The notes under the pieces were generated by a model. It did no database searches. It had not been told where the DNA came from and saw nothing but the letters and a program-made list of their open reading frames with translations. The position numbers and the translations under genes were made by a program. From Tubiluchus corallicola (Eukaryota; Animalia; Priapulida): a stretch of DNA of 64,000 nt. Numbering within the stretch: position 1 is the first letter of the stretch; each line of letters starts with the position of its first letter. The stretch lies in contig JAQGDQ010000721.1 in NCBI GenBank assembly GCA_030141605.1, positions 43,692-107,691 of the forward strand, read 5' to 3'. Positions 52,801 through 62,400 of the stretch are shown here, piece by piece.

Positions 52801-53712
52801 TTCTCATTATGTCAGACTTCATGGGATTGGTGAGTTTATAGTAAAGTAATGTCTCTTCTTATTGGTTCTCATTATGTCAGACTTCATGGGATTGGTGAGT
52901 TTATAGTAAAGTAATGTCTCTTCTTACTGGTTCTCATTATGTCAGACTTCATGGGATTGGTGAATCTACAGTAAAGTAATGTCTCTTCTTATTGGTTCTC
53001 ATTATGTCAGACTTCATGTGATTGGTGAGTCTATAGTAAAGTAATGTTGAAAATACTCAATGTAAGCAAACTTTGCCCAATAATTTTTGCTAAGAAAGTC
53101 TAAAAACACACATTTTGTCCTTCAAACATTATCATGAAGCCAATAAAGTTAGACGATGCAGTTCGTCACAAACGAGCACACTGACAGGTACAGCACCTGT
53201 TTTTTGTGCAACGCGTTTCCGAAATACAGGCACTAGTACGCGTCTAACTAGTAAATGGTGAAATGCATGTAACAGCAAAAAACTAGTGGCGCGAACACGA
53301 AATTGTGTTGTGTGGTAATAATTCTTTCATGCAAGTCATTTCTTAAAAAAATAATATTTCCTTTCACTATTTTAAAAAGTAGATTGTTTTGACGTACAGT
53401 TTAAGATTAGGTCTGGTTTTGCTTTAAGTACAATTTTCAGTTTCCAGAAGGCCAAACTGAATAAAATTAATGTGGGGGGGGGGGGCGGTAGTTATATACA
53501 AAGTTGCAGGATGAATCCTGTTTTAATTCTTTTTTCTTCTTTTTCAGCACTTTTTCTTCATGGTACAAGATTCTGGAAGTTGGTTGGATATTGGAACTAG
53601 CATAAGTCACTATGTGATAGCACTGACAACAAATATATTTATAGCTTTACTTTACTGCATAGCAAAAATACTCACCAGTTGGCATATCAGTCTAAGTGAA
53701 AAGTTAGACTAG
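26409..53712 (+). CDS. PIGN: GPI ethanolamine phosphate transferase 1 (PIGN/Mcd4), 19 exons, N-terminal exon not seen
   Basis: Exons 26409-26530, 27666-27764, 29896-30002, 30630-30754, 35502-35632, 36193-36888, 38105-38177, 40870-40972, 42673-42765, 44042-44133, 44805-44855, 46604-46667, 47131-47239, 47927-48029, 48886-48976, 49440-49591, 51342-51417, 52583-52699, 53548-53712; all GT-AG and phase-consistent; motifs [70 protein letters not shown]. Confidence 0.95.
27666..27764 (+). CDS. PIGN: PIGN exon
   Basis: [33 protein letters not shown]. Confidence 0.95.
27816..28255. repeat. 69-bp tandem repeat, ~6.5 copies
   Basis: TTAACTTCTTCAGGACTGTAAGTGTTTGCTG...CCCAAAC; 23-aa period in ORF track. 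Confidence 0.95.
29695..29760 (+). mobile_element. Possible tRNA-derived SINE head fragment
   Basis: B-box-like GGTTCAAATCC in tRNA-like context; no complete cloverleaf. Confidence 0.3.
29896..30002 (+). CDS. PIGN: PIGN exon
   Basis: [35 protein letters not shown]. Confidence 0.93.
30020..30520. mobile_element. MITE family A copy with internal ~87-bp triplication
   Basis: Ends in ACTGTGAAAAGGTTTA; same core as the other family A copies. Confidence 0.75.
30630..30754 (+). CDS. PIGN: PIGN exon
   Basis: [41 protein letters not shown]. Confidence 0.94.
30890..31877. repeat. Compound (CA)n microsatellite with 200-bp higher-order period
   Basis: Identical ORFs at 31047, 31247 and 31447. Confidence 0.95.
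32330..33025 (-). mobile_element. 5'-truncated non-LTR retrotransposon (RT C-terminus and 3' UTR; RTE-X-like)
   Basis: [48 protein letters not shown]; AATAAA-rich tail near 32330. Confidence 0.75.
33271..33630 (+). mobile_element. Second, 5'-truncated copy of the 5S/RTE-like SINE
   Basis: Colinear with the reverse complement of 13058-13435; same tail GAGACAGAAGGATGCCAAC. Confidence 0.85.
33922..34965. repeat. 54-bp minisatellite, ~19 copies
   Basis: TGTGTAATTGTGTTCTTGTTAACGTGGTATAGGTTTTTTGTAGCGCTGTATA core; 18-aa period in ORF track. Confidence 0.95.
35502..35632 (+). CDS. PIGN: PIGN exon
   Basis: [43 protein letters not shown]. Confidence 0.95.
35710..36100. mobile_element. MITE family A, full copy
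   Basis: TAAGCCTTTTCGCAGTT...AACTGTGAAAAGACTT terminal inverted repeats plus sub-terminal IR AGGTCAAAGGTTAAGTGTA / TACACTTAACCTTTGACCT. Confidence 0.8.
36193..36888 (+). CDS. PIGN: PIGN large exon (696 nt)
   Basis: [20 protein letters not shown]...[28 protein letters not shown]...[13 protein letters not shown]. Confidence 0.96.
36996..37593. mobile_element. MITE family A (partial copy plus full copy in tandem)
   Basis: TAAGCCTTTTCACAGTTTC...AACTTTGAAAAGGCT. Confidence 0.8.
38105..38177 (+). CDS. PIGN: PIGN exon
   Basis: [23 protein letters not shown]. Confidence 0.88.
38225..38842. repeat. 88-bp tandem repeat, 7 copies
   Basis: TTTGTTTGCTATTAAAGG at 38225, 38313, 38401 and onward. Confidence 0.95.
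40870..40972 (+). CDS. PIGN: PIGN exon
   Basis: [34 protein letters not shown]; phases fit the neighbouring exons. Confidence 0.8.
41609..42122. mobile_element. hAT-type MITE with 8-bp TSD
   Basis: TIRs CGGGGATGAGAA / TTCTCATCTCTG, flanked by AATTAACT on both sides; truncated second copy at 43483-43980. Confidence 0.88.
42673..42765 (+). CDS. PIGN: PIGN exon
   Basis: [31 protein letters not shown]. Confidence 0.9.
43483..43980. mobile_element. hAT-type MITE, left-truncated copy
   Basis: Colinear with 41629-42122; ends TTCTCATCCCTG. Confidence 0.85.
44042..44133 (+). CDS. PIGN: PIGN exon
   Basis: [30 protein letters not shown]. Confidence 0.9.
44805..44855 (+). CDS. PIGN: PIGN small exon
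   Basis: [16 protein letters not shown]; good splice sites; phase 2/2. Confidence 0.75.
   Translation, partial: SSYRSNLCYPDCIRYN
45195..46540. repeat. 54-55-bp minisatellite, ~24 copies
   Basis: ACTTTGTGTATGCATTTGGGTGCTGGTTTGTTTTTTTCTAAACAAAATGAAAA. Confidence 0.96.
46604..46667 (+). CDS. PIGN: PIGN small exon
   Basis: [21 protein letters not shown]; phases fit. Confidence 0.75.
47131..47239 (+). CDS. PIGN: PIGN exon
   Basis: [36 protein letters not shown]. Confidence 0.92.
47324..47880. mobile_element. Non-autonomous Kolobok-like element
   Basis: TTAA|AGGAAAG...TTTTCCT|TTAA; related copies at ~5630-5850, ~8310-8650 and ~62840-63170 (GACGTCATTGGAAGAAGAA core). Confidence 0.65.
47927..48029 (+). 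CDS. PIGN: PIGN exon
   Basis: [33 protein letters not shown]. Confidence 0.9.
48088..48722. repeat. Degenerate 14-bp minisatellite (GGTCATGGTTCACG)
   Basis: Direct inspection; explains the ORFs at 47869-48561. Confidence 0.93.
48886..48976 (+). CDS. PIGN: PIGN exon
   Basis: [30 protein letters not shown]. Confidence 0.9.
49440..49591 (+). CDS. PIGN: PIGN exon
   Basis: LTSVDF...[28 protein letters not shown]. Confidence 0.93.
49944..50567. repeat. GC/CpG-rich 37-bp minisatellite, ~17 copies
   Basis: GCCGAGTACGGGAAAACACCCGTTACGGGATGCCGTC. Confidence 0.95.
50599..51130. mobile_element. Dispersed repeat family (probable non-autonomous DNA element)
   Basis: TTCTAGTTATTCAC...GGATCATTTTGATACCAAGTTCATCACTCTA shared with 61767-62180 and 63979-64000. 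Confidence 0.7.
51242..51363 (+). repeat. 61-bp duplication spanning a PIGN acceptor
   Basis: GTGATTCCTATTCATAATGTACTGTGTATTTATTTACAG|TTTTGATCCTGCATCTGTTTA, two copies. Confidence 0.95.
51342..51417 (+). CDS. PIGN: PIGN exon
   Basis: [25 protein letters not shown]. Confidence 0.94.
51586..52380. repeat. 30/31-bp minisatellite, ~26 copies
   Basis: GCCCAATGTCCACAAC followed by AGATGTAAACAGGCT or ACACATAACAGCCT. Confidence 0.95.
52583..52699 (+). CDS. PIGN: PIGN exon
   Basis: [39 protein letters not shown]. Confidence 0.93.
52656..53047 (+). repeat. 65-bp tandem repeat (6 copies) spanning a PIGN donor
   Basis: 44 exonic nt + |GTGAGTTTATAGTAAAGTAAT at 52656, 52721, 52786, 52851, 52916, 52981. 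Confidence 0.97.
53548..53712 (+). CDS. PIGN: PIGN terminal exon
   Basis: [54 protein letters not shown]; AATAAA at ~53753. Confidence 0.94.
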   Translation, partial: HFFFMVQDSGSWLDIGTSISHYVIALTTNIFIALLYCIAKILTSWHISLSEKLD

Positions 53713-54479
53713 AATGTGAACTTGTTAAACATTAGGTAAGAACTTTCATGTAAATAAATTAAAGAAAGCGAGTTTGCAATGTACTGTTCTCATATACAGT
53801 AAATACACATACACATATACAGTCATATACAGTAAGTATGCATGACTCGAACATCTCGGGACCGGAAATTTTGTTCAACTTATGCGAGGGTTCAAGTTAG
53901 ACAATGTTTGTAAGAAAACAAGACTGAGTCACTCATCAACGTGGGACAGTACACTAGTAACACTACAGCCTGTGAAAATGACAAACTGAGCATTTAATCA
54001 AATATTAAACATGTTTTATGAATAATCAAAAATAAAATGACTGGTCCACCTCTATTGTAGTCTCAGTAGCATGGTTAATAGAATTCGGCAATAATACTGT
54101 GATCTACATTAAGCCACGTTTGTTAAGCCATGCTGTGTTTAGTGTTCTGCTAAGGTAATACAAGAAATCTTAGCATTTTTGAAGAAACTAGTAGTTAAAA
54201 TTGTAACGTGGTGCACACTTTCACATAGGATTTCTCATTTGGGAAGTTGTTTGAGATAGGTGGGGTAATTTCAGTCAGATTCTTATAAATTGTACCGGGA
54301 ATTCAGTTTGAGTTACACGACGTTTCTTAAAGGGAAAATTCGTTCCAGGAGCTCTGTCCGAGACACTCATGAATTTGAGTCATACCGGTTCAAGTTATAC
54401 ATTGTTTACTGTAAATTAAAGAAATAGGTTAAACTTTCACAGAAATCAACTTAAATAAATTAGAGAAATTGTGTTTATA

Positions 54480-54830
54480 TCATCGTGTTGATGTGAGGCT
54501 GAATGTTTTAAAACTCACATCATTAGAAGATCGTAGAATCATTGAAGTCATTAAATTCGTTCAAGGTTATAATGTCTATTATAAAACAATGTTCATCGTT
54601 CAAGGTTATAATAATGTCTATAATAAAACAATGTTCATTGTTCAAGGTTATAATAATGTCAATCAATGTTCAAAGCAAGAACCTCTCCTGGCTTACTAGG
54701 ACGTTGTTTTACTTTTGAAATTAATAGGACACATTATAATCTAAGAAAGTTGTTTTTAGTAAAAGAACTGTTTGTCTGTGGAACAGCTTACCTGAGTGTA
54801 TAGTATTATATATGGTGCTGCCATCTCTTA
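54480..54830 (+). mobile_element. Decayed CR1-type LINE 3' fragment
   Basis: RLNVLKLTSLEDRR and WNSLPE motifs of the CR1 ORF2 C-terminus. Confidence 0.65.
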
Positions 54831-55138
54831 GCGGATAAAACGGACAAAGTTTGCTATTTGCCAATGGTGTTAGCCCCCAGTACAAATGCTTTTTAGGAAA
54901 AAATACGACAGACACTATCATAATTTGATATCATCAACAGTGACTGTAGTAATTAATTTTAAATATTTTTACAATTGTGCGCTTTTTATCTATTGAGTTT
55001 ACACTTTTCTCACATAATAAAACGTATGTTTGATGTGTACATATATATATATGTGTACAGCTCTTATATATTTAAGCTATTATGTTTCAAACCTGTTGTA
55101 AATGTAACACAAAGCAAATACATTGGAGGAAAGTGAAT

Positions 55139-55203
55139 GAAGAGAAGTCATTGTTTATTTGAAGAGATGTCATTGTTTATTTGAAGAGAAGTCATTGTTT
55201 ATT
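55139..55203 (-). terminator. 22-bp triplication containing AATAAA; candidate ACIN1 poly(A) signal
   Basis: Minus strand (AATAAACAATGACTTCTCTTCA)x3, ~1.2 kb downstream of the ACIN1 stop. Confidence 0.45.
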
Positions 55204-56399
55204 ATCACATTAAAATCTCTGTTTACAGCAGAACACATTGAAACATTTTAATACGCAAGTCAAAGACAGTGATTCTTTATAAACTCCATGTTTATCACTT
55301 TTGCGACCAACTAAATACAGATTATATTTCTCACACGCAAACAATTCAAAAAACTATTTGGCGATAGGAAAAACTGCCTTAATGCACGAAAGCGTATCGA
55401 CTGTGTGTGGAATGCGTAACATTACGCGCTTAAGAAATCTGATCAATTCAACACACGAGTTCTATAAAGATTAGGGGTAGTAAGTGGGTGGTGCCCTAGT
55501 CTACTAGTAGAGCCAGTCTGTAAAGATTAGGAGTGGACCCATGAATTAGTGGTAAAACTGAAGAACCACGACATTGTCAAGTCACGTACACCACACACAT
55601 CAGACTAAAACTCAAAATACCTGCTGTTACATTAATTAACACATTAATAGAGCAAATTCAATGTTACAGGCTTAAAATGTTATGACTACCTACGTTAAGT
55701 TGTGACAAGAGTGCCAAATGTTATGACTATGCACATTATGTTGTGACAATAGAGTGCAAAATGTTATGACTACGCACATTATGTTGTGACAATAAAGTGC
55801 AAACTTTAGTAAAGTCAAACACACACCTGGGTAACACGAACACCTGTATGTAATGCCAGAATGCATTGCTATGTATGAAAACATTGTAACACAGAGAAGC
55901 GTTACTCAAGTAAATACAGGTAAATGAACGACATAAACAAGAATCGTTTAAAAACAAAGTAGTTCACATTTAAAGAATAGCCAAAAAACTAGTTAGATAT
56001 ATGAAGTATTTGCATCAACAAACACGAATAATCATGAGAGCAGTCGTAAGCAAAAACAATGTATAAATGTGATTAATCTGCAAAAGGGTAAGTGAAATCA
56101 CACAAATGAAGTCGTAAATTTAACAACCAGTCGAAAAAGAAAACACAAGTTTACTTAAACTTCTCAGATACTCGGATTTAATGCGATAAAAACTCTAGTG
56201 CCTTTTCTCAGTAGAATAAACGTAAATACGAACGTTATGCGGCACGAAACTACAATTTCAGCAACTTAGCAATGATTTTACTAACTAAAAGCAAAATGAT
56301 AGTCTGTATTAACAATTAAAATTCAATTAAGAAATTACAAAGTAGCCGATACGGTCGTCACGGAAACACTTCTGAACATTTGACACTAAACAAACAAGA

Positions 56400-56465
56400 T
56401 TAATGTCGCCGACGACGGCTTTTACTTCTACTACGATTTTCTCTGCTTCGCTCACGGTGCTTTTC
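56400..56465 (-). CDS. ACIN1: ACIN1 terminal exon
   Basis: [21 protein letters not shown] after acceptor tactttag|. Confidence 0.8.
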   Translation of the reverse strand, partial: EKHRERSRENRSRSKSRRRRH

Positions 56466-59400
56466 CTAAAGTAACGAAATTCAACTTTATTAGTTTGGAT
56501 GTCATTGGATACAAAGTGGATAACAAACCTTTCCACAGTTGCTGTAGGTCAAAGGTCAAGTGTACCACGGCAGCGCGTTTCAACTACAACCATTACGTGA
56601 CGTGTGGATAAAGCAAAGCCGTCTGCTGCATCAGTTCAGCAAACTTCAGTTGTTTTAGGTGGACTTTACTTATTTATGCATTAGTCTGTGCATAGAGTGA
56701 TTTGCTAGCAGGATCTTGCTTGGGAACAAGAAAAAATGAACTAGGTAAGGTCTTAGCTAGCTGTTTAAACTGTTACCTTTCCAACAGCTTGGGCTGCAGG
56801 GTGTTGTCAAGTGTACACAAATGCGTTATCTGGCACAATTAATCTTTGCAAGTGTACACAAATGCATTATCTGGTACAATTAACCTTTGATCTTTTCACA
56901 GTTTCATTGTACGCACGTGCAGTTGCTGTAGGTCAAAGGTTAAATGTACCAGAGCAATGTGTCTTAACTACAACCGTCCCATGACATGTGGGTCTTTAAT
57001 GAGTCACTGCACTTATTCTTATACATAAAGATACATTGGTTAGATAAATTTGATTCAAAATAAACCTTTTCACAGTTCCAGTGATTGATGATGATCGTGA
57101 AAAGGTCAAAGGTTAAATGTACCAGACAACGCATTTGTGTACACTTGACAAGGCCTCACAGCCCACGCTGTTGTAATACTAACAGTTTTAACACCAAGAA
57201 CCTTACCTAGTTTCATTCTTTCTTGTTTCCAAGCAAAATCCCACTAGTAAATCACTCTACACCTACATAATTAAGTTAAACAACTGAAGTTACTGAAGCG
57301 ATGCTTTGCTTTAGCCACAGACTTGCTGGAATGCAGATGGCTTTGCTTTACCCACACGTCACATGATGATTGTAGTTGTGTTGCTGTGATACACTTCAAT
57401 TAACCACTGATCTACAGCAACTAGGCGTGTGCACAATGAAACTGTGAAAAGGCTTATTGCAAAGAATGCTTATCAAAAAAAATTGAATTTTCCAAGTAAA
57501 TTACACAATTGTGTCTTTAATTTTGTCTTACAGCAACATGTCTACTGCAGATTTTGTAAAATATTGACTCTGTTCTATGGTTCTTTCCACAAACTCCTGA
57601 ACAAATTCTACTCTCCATTACTTAATCATTATTCTACTCTCCATTACTTAATCATTATTCTACTCTCCATTACTTAACCATTATTCTACTCTCCATTACT
57701 TAATCATTATTCTACTCTCCATTACTTAATCATTATTCTACTCTCCATTACTTAATCATTATTCTACTCTCCATTACTTAACCATTATTCTACTCTCCAT
57801 TACTTAATCATTATTCTACTCTCCATTACTTAATCATTATTCTACTCTCCATTACTTAATCATTATTCTACTCTCCATTACCTAATCATTATTCTACTCT
57901 CCATTACTTAACCATTATTCTACTCTCCATTACTTAATCATTATTCTACTCTCCATTACTTAATCATTATTCTACTCTCCATTACTTAATCATTATTCTA
58001 CTCCCCATTACTTAATCATTATTCTACTCTCCATTACTTAATCATTATTCTACTCTCCATTACTTAATCATTATTCTACTCTCCATTACCTAATCATTAT
58101 TCTACTCTCCATTACTTAACCATTATTCTACTCTCCATTACTTAATCATTATTCTACTCTCCATTACTTAATCATTATTCTACTCTCCATTACTTAATCA
58201 TTATTCTACTCTCCATTACTTAATCATTATTCTACTCTCCATTACTTAATCATTATTCTACTCTCCATTACTTAATCATTATTCTACTCTCCATTACTTA
58301 ATCATTATTCTACTCTCCATTACTTAATCATTATTCTACTCTCCATTACCTAATCATTATTCTACTCTCCATTACCTAATCATTATTCTACTCTCCATTA
58401 CTTAATCATTATTCTACTCTCCATTACATAATCATTATTCTACTCTCCATTACCTAATCATTATTCTACTCTCCATTACTTAATCATTATTCTACTCTCC
58501 ATTACTTAATCATTATTCTACTCTCCATTACTTAATCATTATTCTACTCTCCATTACTTAATCATTATTCTACTCTCCATTACTTAACCATTATTCTACT
58601 CTCCATTACTTAATCATTATTCTACTCTCCATTACTTAATCATTATTCTACTCTCCATTACTTAACCATTATTCTACTCTCCATTACTTAATCATTATTC
58701 TACTCTCCATTACTTAATCATTATTCTACTCTCCATTACTTAATCATTATTCTACTCTCCATTACTTAATCATTATTCTACCACTACTTAATCATTATTC
58801 TACTCTCCATTACTTAATCATTATTCTACTCTCCATTACCTAATCATTATTCTACTCTCCATTACCTAATCATTATTCTACTCTCCATTACTTAATCATT
58901 ATTCTACTCTCCATTACTTAATCATTATTCTACTCTCCATTACTTAATCATTATTCTACTCTCCATTACTTAATCATTATTCTACTCTCCATTACATAAT
59001 CATTATTCTACTCTCCATTACTTAATCGTTATTCTACTCTCCATTACTTAATCGTTATTCTACTCTCCATTACTTAATCATTATTCTACTCTCCATTACT
59101 TAATCATTATTCTACTCTCCATTACTTAATCATTATCATTAATTATTAATTACTTGGAATGCAAAATCTTACTTCTCGTTCCTTCTGCACCGCCTCAGCT
59201 TCTTCCTTCTCTTTCTTGGCGATGAGACGCCTTCGCCGTTCTCGCTCCTCCATACGCTGAGCTCTTTCCTTCTCTTTTTGTGCAAACTAGAGGAAATGGG
59301 ATTTGACTCACAAACGTGGCAATTAAACATTCATATATTTTACACTTACAAATACGAAATGTTCGTGATTCAGCGTTTTTATCAGGGATGTTACTGAAAC

Positions 59401-62400
59401 TGAAGTTACAAACAGAAACTGAACGGAAATCATTTTTGCAAAACCAACTACTACCAAAAGTGGAAAAAAATCAGAAATAAATTAAATACTTTGTTTTCAC
59501 TGTTTTCCTTTTATTTGCTCTGATACAAGCTTGATGAAGTAGCTAAGAGAAAAAATTTAACCAAATTAATTCTATATTAATCACCTGTTCTTCAGTCAGT
59601 GGTAAACAGGAAACAACCAAACTGACCAATGAAGCTGACCATGCTATCCACTCACCTGTTCTTCAGTCAGTGGTAACCAGTAAACAACCAAACTGACCAA
59701 TGAAGCTGACCATGCTATCCACTCACCTGTTCTTCAGTCAGTGGTAACCAGTAAACAACCAAGCTGACCAATGAAACTGACCATGCTATCCACTCACCTG
59801 TTCTTCAGTCAGTGATAACCAGTAAACAACCAAGCTGACCAATGAAGCTGACCATGCTATCCACTCACCTGTTCTTCAGTCAGTGGTAACCAGTAAACAA
59901 CCAAGCTGACCAATGAAACTGACCATGCTATCCACTCACCTGTTCTTCAGTCAGTGATAACCAGTAAACAACCAAGCTGACCAATGAAACTGACCATGCT
60001 ATCCACTCACCTGTTCTTCAGTCAGTGGTAACCAGTAAACAACCAAGCTGACCAATGAAGCTGACCGTGCTTTCCACTCACCTGTTCTTCAGTCAGTGGT
60101 AACCAGTAAACAACCAAGCTGACCAATGAAGCTGACCATGCTATCCACTCACCTGTTCTTCAGTCAGTGGTAACCAGTAAACAACCAAGCTGACCAATGA
60201 AGCTGACCATGCTATCCACTCACCTGTTCTTCAGTCAGTGATAACCAGTAAACAACCAAGCTGACCAATGAAGCTGACCGTGCTTTCCACTCACCTGTTC
60301 TTCAGTCAGTGGTAACCAGTACACAATCAAGCTGACCAATGAAACTGACCAAGCTTTCCACTCACCTGTTCTTCAGTCAGTGATAACCAGTAAACAACCA
60401 AGCTGACCAATGAAGCTGACCGTGCTCCCCACTCACCTGTTGTTCAGTCAGTAGTAACCAGTAAACAACCAAGCTGACCAATGAAGCTGACCACTCACCT
60501 GTTCTTCAGTCAGTGGTAACCAGTAAATACACGGAGTGGTTTTCGTCTTTCGAAATAAGTCATCTAACAGTTTGGCTGGAGCCTCTTCTTTCTTTTTCTC
60601 TAAAAAAATGTATCGTGAAAGACTATAATGTGAGCTAGTCAGACAGTTTATTGAGTGACTGGCAGTGAGTTACTGAATGTGACCTAGTCAGACAGTTTAT
60701 TGAGTGACTGGCAGTGAGTTACTGAATGTGAGCTAGTCAGACAGTTTATTGAGTGACTGGCAGTGAGTTACTGAATGTGAGCTAGTCAGACAGTTTATTG
60801 AGTGACTGGCAGTGAGTTACTGAATGTGAGCTAGTCAGACCGTTTATTGAGTGACTGGCAGTGAGTTACTGAATGTGAGCTAGTCAAGAGAGTTTACTGA
60901 GTGACTGGCAGTGAGTTACTGAGTGTCAGCTAGTCAAGAGAGTTTATTGAGTGACTGGCAGTGAGTTACTGAATGTGAGCTAGTCAAGAGAGTTTATTAA
61001 GTGACTGGCAGTGAGTTACTGAATGTGAGCTAGTCAAGAGAGTTTACTGAGTGACTGGCAGTGAGTTACTGAGTGTCAGCTAGTCAAGAGAGTTTATTAA
61101 GTGACTGCCCAAAACCTACTGGCTCTGTGCGGGTTTTTTTCATTATATTTCTTTAATAGCCAACGCTTCACAAAACCAGGAAGCTTAACTAGGTGACATT
61201 CATAAGGTACCGCTTGGTACAAGCAATCACTAAGTCAATGTCCTAGTGGTGATAATTTGTACAAAATAAGAAGCAGGAAATACTTCAGAAAAAAAGAAAA
61301 ATAACGCTATAACAACTTAAAAATAAAGCATTGCAGGATATTACATTAACAAATATGAATTACACTCTGTAATCTCACTAATTTCTAATTAATCAAACTA
61401 CTAAAATACTGAATATTCACTAATTACAGCGGTGTCATCTTTTTGTATCCTACATATATCTCTACACTTAACTGAAATATGTTAATATTTTGATAACACG
61501 TAACAATAACGTTTAAAAACATGTTTCTGTGCGTGCGTGCGAGTCATACAAAAGGCAATACCTTTCTTATCTCTTCCCTCCCTACTTCGCTCTCTCATTC
61601 TCCGCTCCCTGCTCTCTTGTCGTGAATGTCGTCTTTCCCTTCTCCTCTCCACAGGAGATCTTGATTTCTGTCTGTTTCTGAAATTAATCACCTCAAATAA
61701 ATGCCATTCAAAATAAAAAATATGTGAACTTGCATAGCAAAATCATCCATAGGTCAGCAGTTAAGCTTTTCTAGTTATTCACGTGTCCTGAATCTCCATT
61801 TCACAAGGATCATTTTGATACCAAGTTCATCACTCTATGTTGTTTCTAAGCTGAGATAATCCACATTGAATTTGAGGTACAGGCTACGCATTGAAAAACA
61901 TAATCTTGAGAAAATCACTGTTAAAGTCAGCCATTGTTTTTTGTCGTGTTTCTACAAAATTGCAGTTTTAGTTTCTAGCCAGAAAATTGGATACGAGGTT
62001 ATGAAATTAAATTTTTAGTACTTTTTAAACAATTTTTTCTGATAATTTCTGCTACAATGTAAAAGCCCAATATATTTAGCATTTGTTTTTATAAAGAAAA
62101 ATACTTTGACTAGATTTATGATACATTTCACTTTGAAGCATCATAACGTAGTTCTAACTATGCCGATTTGAGGATGGTTTTGGCTCACAAATAGCAAGAA
62201 ACATTTTGATGAATTAAATTTCGATAAGTTTTGGTAATTAACATTCTTGCTACGTTAACTTAACGATTAGAGCTTTTGATTAAATGTTATAATTACCTGG
62301 AATACTCCGGCGGAGAACGTCCAGGAATTTTATCTAGATCCCATTCTCGGATCTCTACGGGAGAAGTTGCTTTTTTTCTACTCGGCTGTTCAGATGTTCG

